The position numbers and the translations under genes are program-made. A stretch of 64,000 bases of DNA. Source: Parvicellaceae bacterium (GTDB lineage Bacteria > Bacteroidota > Bacteroidia > Flavobacteriales_D > JAUILH01). The stretch's first letter is position 1. Every line of letters starts with the position of its first letter. Under the pieces are notes generated by a model. It had not been told where the DNA came from. It was given only the letters and a program-made list of their open reading frames with translations, and searched no databases. Shown here in pieces: positions 57,399 through 64,000 of this stretch. The stretch lies in assembly GCA_965230535.1 (NCBI GenBank), contig OZ246010.1:48637-112636 (forward strand), read 5' to 3'.

Positions 57399-58190
57399 TC
57401 ATTCCAATCTGAATGAATCCATTTCTTCATAGCCAGCTTTTGTTTGCCTCTCTTTAAAATCATACGAATACGATTCATGACTATCAATCATCTTTTTTGT
57501 ACTTAGGTGATAATTATATGCACGATCACAATATGGACTTTCCGATCTATGCCCCATATCTGCTGCATAAAAGTTTATCCAAACAGACTTATAGCCTTCA
57601 GGCAAATCAAAGGCTTCTGAGAATACTCTCAAATATTCTCGACTTTTTTTTCGAATATCATGTTCACTTATAAAACAGTGATTGATCTCTGATTCACTAT
57701 AATTAAAAGTTAATGTCATTTCCAGAGAATCAGAAGGCAAATGATGACGGTGGTCGTAGGAATACTGTAATTCGACTTCACATTGACAATCGTCTTCCAA
57801 CATGGCTATTGCAGCTTCTTCTTTTTCAGTCAATTTTATGCCAAAAGTATCTGTTGAAAATACGATTAATGCAACTATACAATTAATCCCCACAGTCATT
57901 ATGAGACCAACTAAACCAATTCTTGAATTGCCGTAAGCTCCTCTGGAATATGCAATGGCAGTCATTAAACCAAAGGGTAAATACAATAGCAATAAAAATT
58001 TCGAAACCCACAAAAAGGCTTTCCATCTAACACCACTTTCCTCAGGACCAAGGCTATGCCCGGACATTGCAATGATAAATAGCAAGAAGAGCAAAATTGC
58101 ACCACCTATTAATAAAGCATAAATAACGGCAAAGAACATCCCCCAACCATCACTTTTCGCATTCCATACTTTGTCAAAAAACTGTTTCAT
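57399..58190 (-). CDS. hypothetical membrane protein (4 TM N-terminus, soluble C-terminus)
   Basis: 263-aa ORF with hydrophobic helices in the first ~115 aa. Confidence 0.5.
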   Translation of the reverse strand: MKQFFDKVWNAKSDGWGMFFAVIYALLIGGAILLFLLFIIAMSGHSLGPEESGVRWKAFLWVSKFLLLLYLPFGLMTAIAYSRGAYGNSRIGLVGLIMTVGINCIVALIVFSTDTFGIKLTEKEEAAIAMLEDDCQCEVELQYSYDHRHHLPSDSLEMTLTFNYSESEINHCFISEHDIRKKSREYLRVFSEAFDLPEGYKSVWINFYAADMGHRSESPYCDRAYNYHLSTKKMIDSHESYSYDFKERQTKAGYEEMDSFRLE

Positions 58191-58250
58191 AAGATATTTT
58201 TAGTGTTCAGCAGTATATACCCAAGCACTAAAAAGGTAACCTCTATAAAC

Positions 58251-58281
58251 AAAAAAGCCCCAACGAAAGTTGGGGCTTTTT
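58251..58281. terminator. perfect bidirectional terminator
   Basis: aaaaaaGCCCCAACgaaaGTTGGGGCttttt. Confidence 0.75.
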
Positions 58282-58299
58282 AAATCGATAAGATTGATC

Positions 58300-59553
58300 T
58301 TAGTTATTCAAGATATCTTCAATCTCTTTACTCTTTTCAGTCATTTGAAGAGCGCCGTATGTTTTGTACAACTGCAATAATGTTTGCTTGTCATTAGGCT
58401 CAATCTTTCTCACTTCCTCATAGTATTTAACTGCCTTTTTAAGTAAAGCGTTCTTCTCTTCTACTTTTTCTGGACTTAATGTCGCATCAGCTAAATTCTC
58501 AACTTCTTTTTCGATAGCAAAAGCCTTGTTGTTGTATAGTGCACCAAGGTTATACAATGCATCTACATAGTCAGGCTTCAACTCAATTGCCTTCAATAGG
58601 TATTTCTCAGCAACGTCATACTTTTCATTTTCGAAATTAACCGCACCAGCCGTATAATAAACAGTTTCATTTGTTGGGTTAACAGCAATTGCTTTATCGT
58701 AAGCTGCAGAAGCTTTGTCGTTTTCTTTCTGAGTTAACCAGTAGTTACCTTCGGTGATATACAAGTCTGCATTCTTAGGATACTTCTTAGAAGCTGCTTC
58801 TAACACCTTCAAACCTTCTTCTCCCTGCTCCTTACTAAAGTGGCTTTGCGCCAACAATGTACTTGAACCTGGCTCTCCAAAACCGTATTTAACAGCTTCT
58901 TTAAGGTTAACGATAGCACCTGACCACTCTTCTGCGTAGTATCCACAAAGTCCGGCAGCATAGTAAGAATTGGTATCAACCACATTCACAACTTTCATCA
59001 ATTCAGCAGCACTGTTGTACCCCATCATTGCCATTTTGAAATCTGCTTTAGCACCATCAGAATCTCTGTTCTGAAGCTTTTCGTTAGCAGACTTAAACAA
59101 TGTCTCAGACCCAATCACAGCTTGTTGTCTCATTAACAGAAACTGAGCCTTGATCTCATCAGTCTTATCATCTTTACTCTTTTTATTAGGCAGATCGATA
59201 TGTGCTTTGTAAGCTTTCATACCTTCTGCTACCAACTCCATTGGATTGTATTCCTTCATAGAAGGATCAGTTACATAAAACTGAAAAGCAGAATAAATCT
59301 GACCTTTATAGAATAATGTTTTGGCATCTTTTGAACCAGTAAACTTTTCACTGGAATAAGCATAACACTCATCAATTAGTGTTTTTGCTTCAAGAATAGA
59401 TTTTTTTGCTTTATCGCTTGATTTGTCTTTTACTTCCGTCCAATCTTTATATGCATAGTAAGCAGAAGTTCTTTTTGACGTTTGTGCCATAGAAGTCACT
59501 GCAAACAACAGTCCAACGGCTACAAATAGGGGTTTTACAATCTTAATATTCAT
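58300..59553 (-). CDS. TPR-repeat protein, secreted
   Basis: Signal peptide 'MNIKIVKPLFVAVGLLFAVTSMAQ'. Several TPR units such as 'AAYDKAIAVNPTNETVYYTAGAVNF'. Start moved to ATG 59553. Confidence 0.7.
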   Translation of the reverse strand: MNIKIVKPLFVAVGLLFAVTSMAQTSKRTSAYYAYKDWTEVKDKSSDKAKKSILEAKTLIDECYAYSSEKFTGSKDAKTLFYKGQIYSAFQFYVTDPSMKEYNPMELVAEGMKAYKAHIDLPNKKSKDDKTDEIKAQFLLMRQQAVIGSETLFKSANEKLQNRDSDGAKADFKMAMMGYNSAAELMKVVNVVDTNSYYAAGLCGYYAEEWSGAIVNLKEAVKYGFGEPGSSTLLAQSHFSKEQGEEGLKVLEAASKKYPKNADLYITEGNYWLTQKENDKASAAYDKAIAVNPTNETVYYTAGAVNFENEKYDVAEKYLLKAIELKPDYVDALYNLGALYNNKAFAIEKEVENLADATLSPEKVEEKNALLKKAVKYYEEVRKIEPNDKQTLLQLYKTYGALQMTEKSKEIEDILNN

Positions 59554-59645
59554 TTTAACTGTTTTATTATAACAATAATGGGATGCTAATTTAATACTAA
59601 ATCCACATCCCATTAAACATTTATCGTGCCAATTAGGCTAAACTT

Positions 59646-62198
59646 TTACTCTTCTGTAGTATTCTCGGTGTCTTCAGAAGATTCAGAATTATTTTCTTCT
59701 CCTTCTGCAGGTAAAATTGGATTACCATCTTCATCGTATTCCATTTCTTCCTCATCATCACTTCTTTCAACTTTAGCTACAGAGGCAATCTCATCTTTAC
59801 CTTTAAGGTTAATCAGTCTTACCCCCTGAGTGGCTCTACCCATTACACGCATTTCTTCAACATGCATTCTAATTGTAATTCCAGATTTGGTAATGATCAT
59901 CAAATCGTCTTCATCAGATACATTTTTGATCGCAATCAACTCTCCGGTTTTATCCGTTACGTTGATGGTTTTAACACCTTTACCACCTCTGTTCGTAATT
60001 CTGTAATCAGCAACCTCAGAACGCTTACCGTATCCTTTCTCTGATACCACCAATACATTGGCTTCCTCATTTTCAACGGCAATCATACCAATTACCTCAT
60101 CATTATCATGAGCCAGAGTTACCCCCCTTACACCAGAAGCACCTCTTCCCATAGATCTTACTTTCTCTTCGTTGAAGCGGATACACTTACCAGACTTCAA
60201 TGCCATCATAATTTCATTACTACCATTGGTCAATTTAGCCTCAAGCAGTTCATCTCCTTCTCTAATTCCAACTGCAATGATACCATTGGTTCTTGGACGA
60301 GAGTAAGCTTCCAATGAAGTCTTCTTGATCACCCCTTTCTTAGTACACATCACAATGTAATTGTTGTTGATGTAGTCTTCATCCTTCAGGTTCTCAACAT
60401 TGATGTAAGCCATGATCTTATCATCCTGCTCAATGTTTAATAAGTTCTGAATGGCTCTTCCTTTAGAAGTTTTACTTCCTTCCGGAATTTCAAACACACG
60501 CATCCAGAAACATTTTCCTTTTTCGGTAAATACAAGCAGATAATTGTGGTTAGTGGCTACGAATAACTGCTCCAGGAAGTCTTTATCTCTGGTGGTACTT
60601 CCTTTAGAACCTACTCCTCCTCTGGCCTGAACCTTGTATTCATCCAGATTTGTACGTTTCATATAACCAAGGTGAGAAATTGTCACAACCACTTCATTGT
60701 TAGGTATCAAATCCTCAATTCTCATTTCGTTGGCTGAGTACTCAATCACAGATCTTCTGTCATCTCCATACTTTTCTTTAACATACTCCAACTCTTCCTT
60801 GATGATGTTGTATCTGCGATCCTCATTGTTAAGGATGTCTCTTAAATCTTTGATTTTCGCCATGATCTCCTCGTACTCAGCTCTTAGTTTATCCTGCTCA
60901 AGTCCGGTTAACTGACGTAATCTCATTTCAACGATGGCTCTCGACTGAATTTCAGATAATTCAAATCGCTCCATCAGTTTTTCACGGGCCTCATCCGGGT
61001 TTTTAGATCCTCTGATCAATTTGATCACCTCATCAATGTTATCTGATGCAATGATTAAACCTTCTAAAATATGGGCACGTTCTTCTGCTTTTTTCAGATC
61101 GTATTTCGTTCTTCGAACCACAACTTCATGTCTGTGCTCAACGAAATGATGAATCATCTCTTTCAGGTTCAGTAGTTGTGGACGACCATCAACCAAAGCA
61201 ATGTTATTAACTGAAAAAGAAGATTGTAGCTGAGTATACTTGTATAATTTATTCAACACTACATTCGGAATAGAATCGCGCTTCAATTCATATACAATTC
61301 TCATTCCTTTTCTATCAGACTCATCCCTGATATCAGAAATACCATCGATCTTGCCATCATTAACAAGGTCGGCAGTTTTCTTAATCATATCTGCCTTGTT
61401 AACCTGGTAAGGAATCTCTGTTACAATAACAGCTTCTCTTCCTTCTCTGATTTCTTCTATTTCTGCTTTGGCGCGCATCACAACACGGCCTTTTCCTTCG
61501 TGGTAAGCAGATTTTACACCTTCATATCCATAGATAATTCCACCAGTTGGGAAATCAGGAGCTTTCACATACTCCATCAATTCATCTATTTCAATATCCC
61601 TGTTGTCGATATAGGCAATTGTACCATTCACCACCTCAGTTAAATTATGAGGCGCCATGTTGGTAGCCATACCTACCGCAATACCACTGGCTCCGTTCAC
61701 TAATAAGTGAGGAATCTTGGTTGGCATCACAGTTGGCTCTTCAAGAGAGTCGTCAAAGTTTGGAGAGAAATCAACCGTGTCCTTATCAAGGTCAGCCAAT
61801 AATTCCTCAGCAATCTTCTTAAGACGTGCCTCTGTATACCTCATGGCTGCCGGACTGTCACCATCCACAGAACCAAAGTTACCTTGGCCGTCTACCAAAG
61901 GGTAACGCAAGGACCAATCCTGAGCCATACGCACCATTGTATCATAAACAGAAGAATCTCCATGCGGGTGGTACTTACCAAGCACCTCACCTACGATTCT
62001 TGCTGACTTTTTATGTGCTTTTGTTGAGGTTACCCCCAAATCCTGCATACCATATAGCACTCTTCTGTGCACAGGTTTTAAACCATCTCTAACATCTGGA
62101 AGAGCTCTGGAAACGATTACGGACATAGAATAATCTATGTACGCCGATTTCATTTCTTCTTCAATGCTAATTGGAATAATTCTTTCTCCTTCAGCCAT
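59646..62198 (-). CDS. gyrA: DNA gyrase subunit A
   Basis: 'DGLKPVHRR', active-site '[10 protein letters not shown]', and a C-terminal beta-pinwheel with an acidic tail. Confidence 0.95.
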   Translation of the reverse strand: MAEGERIIPISIEEEMKSAYIDYSMSVIVSRALPDVRDGLKPVHRRVLYGMQDLGVTSTKAHKKSARIVGEVLGKYHPHGDSSVYDTMVRMAQDWSLRYPLVDGQGNFGSVDGDSPAAMRYTEARLKKIAEELLADLDKDTVDFSPNFDDSLEEPTVMPTKIPHLLVNGASGIAVGMATNMAPHNLTEVVNGTIAYIDNRDIEIDELMEYVKAPDFPTGGIIYGYEGVKSAYHEGKGRVVMRAKAEIEEIREGREAVIVTEIPYQVNKADMIKKTADLVNDGKIDGISDIRDESDRKGMRIVYELKRDSIPNVVLNKLYKYTQLQSSFSVNNIALVDGRPQLLNLKEMIHHFVEHRHEVVVRRTKYDLKKAEERAHILEGLIIASDNIDEVIKLIRGSKNPDEAREKLMERFELSEIQSRAIVEMRLRQLTGLEQDKLRAEYEEIMAKIKDLRDILNNEDRRYNIIKEELEYVKEKYGDDRRSVIEYSANEMRIEDLIPNNEVVVTISHLGYMKRTNLDEYKVQARGGVGSKGSTTRDKDFLEQLFVATNHNYLLVFTEKGKCFWMRVFEIPEGSKTSKGRAIQNLLNIEQDDKIMAYINVENLKDEDYINNNYIVMCTKKGVIKKTSLEAYSRPRTNGIIAVGIREGDELLEAKLTNGSNEIMMALKSGKCIRFNEEKVRSMGRGASGVRGVTLAHDNDEVIGMIAVENEEANVLVVSEKGYGKRSEVADYRITNRGGKGVKTINVTDKTGELIAIKNVSDEDDLMIITKSGITIRMHVEEMRVMGRATQGVRLINLKGKDEIASVAKVERSDDEEEMEYDEDGNPILPAEGEENNSESSEDTENTTEE

Positions 62199-62486
62199 AA
62201 TTTATAGTCTTTTCATTTAAAAAAATGCAAACCGTGAAAATACCTAAAACATTAGGTTTAGGGGTGATATAGGTCTGGCGACTTATGAACATTTTTTCGT
62301 CGATATCAACATGGAAATGAGCACCTGAATGAACATCAAAGCTTTAAAGCTTGTTTTACACTACTCTAACACGATTATGTTGATAATAAGCGGCTGTTTT
62401 GTCATAAAACAAGACGAGTTGTCGCTATTTTTGATTTTGGCCAAATTGTTGTATCTTCAATAATCGCGCTGTTGAATATAAAAAGT

Positions 62487-64000
62487 ATGGAAGCAAAATT
62501 TTCACCAAGAGTAAAAGACGTGATCACTTTTTCGAGAGAAGAGGCTTTGCGTTTGGGACACGATTATATAGGAGTAGAACATTTATTGCTAGGCATCATT
62601 AGAGAAGGTGAAGGCACTGCGGTGAAGGTTTTAAAGAATAATCACGTTGATTTAAAAAACTTAAGGAAACAAATAGAGTCTTCATTAGTCTCCAGTTCGA
62701 GCAATGTTGCTAACTTGGGCAACATTCCGCTTGTAAAACAGGCGGAAAAAGTTTTGAAGATCACTTATTTGGAGGCCAAGTTGTTTAAAAGCGTCATGAT
62801 AGGCACAGAGCATTTACTACTGTCTATCCTTAAAGACGAGGACAACATTGCCACGCAGAGTTTATTTAAAAACGGTATTAGTTACGAAATAGTAAAAGAC
62901 GAATTAGAAATGTTGAAAGATTTTAAAGAGGATAATTTCCCAAGAGCAGAAATGTCGGGAGATACAGCTGATGATGATGGAGCCGTTGGTGGCGGAGGCG
63001 GATATTCTGGTGGCGGAGGAGCTGGCAGAAAAGCCGATTCCAAGTCGAAAACGCCTGTTTTAGACAATTTCGGAAGAGATCTGACACAATTGGCAGAAGA
63101 AGGTAAGCTCGACCCTATCGTGGGAAGAGAAAAGGAAATAGAGCGCGTTTCTCAGATTTTGTCGAGAAGAAAAAAGAATAATCCAATTTTAATTGGTGAA
63201 CCAGGTGTTGGTAAATCTGCCATTGCTGAAGGTTTGGCTCTTAGAATTGTACAAAGAAAAGTATCTCGTGTACTTTTCAATAAGAGAATTATTTCTTTGG
63301 ATCTGGCGTCTCTTGTCGCTGGTACTAAGTACAGAGGTCAGTTTGAAGAGCGAATGAAAGCTTTGATGAACGAAATTGAGAAGTCTCCGGATGTGATCAT
63401 GTTCATTGATGAAATCCATACCATTATTGGTGCCGGAGGTGCCAGTGGAAGTCTGGATGCTTCTAACATGTTTAAGCCTGCTTTGGCCAGAGGCGAACTG
63501 CAAGCAATTGGCGCCACTACTTTGGATGAGTACAGACAGTACATTGAAAAAGATGGCGCACTGGAAAGACGTTTCCAAAAGGTAATTGTAGAACCAACTA
63601 CTATTGATGAGACTATTCAGATTCTGAATAATATTAAGGAGAAGTATGAAGACCATCATAATGTAGATTACACAGATGAAGCCATTGAAGCTTGTGTAAA
63701 AATGACAGCTCGCTACATTACGGACCGTCATTTACCAGACAAAGCTATTGATGCTATTGATGAAGTAGGTTCTCGAGTTCACCTTCAAAACATCAATGTA
63801 CCACCTGCTATCCTAAATATTGAAAAGCAGATTGAAGACATCAAAGAAGAGAAAAATGAAGTGGTTAGAACTCAGAAGTATGAGGAAGCCGCTCAGTTAA
63901 GAGATAAAGAACGTACACTGCTGTCTAACTTGGAAGAAGAAAAGAAAAAGTGGGAAGAGGACAGTAAAAACCACAGAGTAACGGTTACTGAGGAGCATGT
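62487..64000 (+). CDS. clpC: ATP-dependent Clp protease ATP-binding subunit ClpC, 3'-truncated at window edge (absent from the ORF track)
   Basis: Hand translation from ATG 62487 gives [43 protein letters not shown]..., Walker A '[15 protein letters not shown]' and UVR-like '[13 protein letters not shown]'. The frame is open to nt 64000. Confidence 0.9.
   Translation, partial: MEAKFSPRVKDVITFSREEALRLGHDYIGVEHLLLGIIREGEGTAVKVLKNNHVDLKNLRKQIESSLVSSSSNVANLGNIPLVKQAEKVLKITYLEAKLFKSVMIGTEHLLLSILKDEDNIATQSLFKNGISYEIVKDELEMLKDFKEDNFPRAEMSGDTADDDGAVGGGGGYSGGGGAGRKADSKSKTPVLDNFGRDLTQLAEEGKLDPIVGREKEIERVSQILSRRKKNNPILIGEPGVGKSAIAEGLALRIVQRKVSRVLFNKRIISLDLASLVAGTKYRGQFEERMKALMNEIEKSPDVIMFIDEIHTIIGAGGASGSLDASNMFKPALARGELQAIGATTLDEYRQYIEKDGALERRFQKVIVEPTTIDETIQILNNIKEKYEDHHNVDYTDEAIEACVKMTARYITDRHLPDKAIDAIDEVGSRVHLQNINVPPAILNIEKQIEDIKEEKNEVVRTQKYEEAAQLRDKERTLLSNLEEEKKKWEEDSKNHRVTVTEEH

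Noticed and set aside
63189-63731. A 180-aa minus-strand ORF (plus 62882-63067 and 63338-63544)
   Set aside because: These lie antisense within the clearly conserved clpC reading frame, which is open to the window end and absent from the ORF track. They are low-complexity shadow ORFs.

Overview
The window looks like a Bacteroidota chromosome segment, probably Flavobacteriia-like. Evidence for this is several C-terminal T9SS sorting domains, a DUF1573 protein, a TAnnTTTG-type -7 box, and weak or absent Shine-Dalgarno use. About 12.7-64 kb is mostly ordinary core genome. It holds an aromatic amino-acid catabolism cluster (hmgA, MBL-rhodanese, kynA/TDO, paaABC), a DEAD-box helicase, a large T9SS beta-helix adhesin with nine tandem 153-bp coding repeats, a LuxR-type two-component pair, pepD, add, mnmA, LPS-type glycosyltransferases, clpB, trmH, gyrA and a 3'-truncated clpC that is missing from the ORF track. 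Three accessory insertions stand out. (1) An AT-rich island at about 1-12.7 kb. It contains a TelA-like gene, an HNH gene and a Cap4-like-nuclease/P-loop NTPase gene (each split by one in-frame stop codon), and a two-gene operon. That operon encodes a 1882-aa signal-less protein fusing four hydrolase domains (subtilase S8, caspase-like C14, a second S8, alpha/beta-hydrolase) followed 11 nt later by a 419-aa polytopic membrane protein. This operon is my best candidate for an undescribed conflict or defence-type system. (2) A stand-alone non-retron, non-intron, non-DGR reverse transcriptase (23.7-25.3 kb) with about 420 nt of ORF-free upstream sequence that may encode a partner ncRNA. (3) A single orphan membrane-protein gene (21.4-22.2 kb) bracketed by inverted copies of one hairpin terminator. 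All functional calls rest on motif recognition by eye. No database search was possible.
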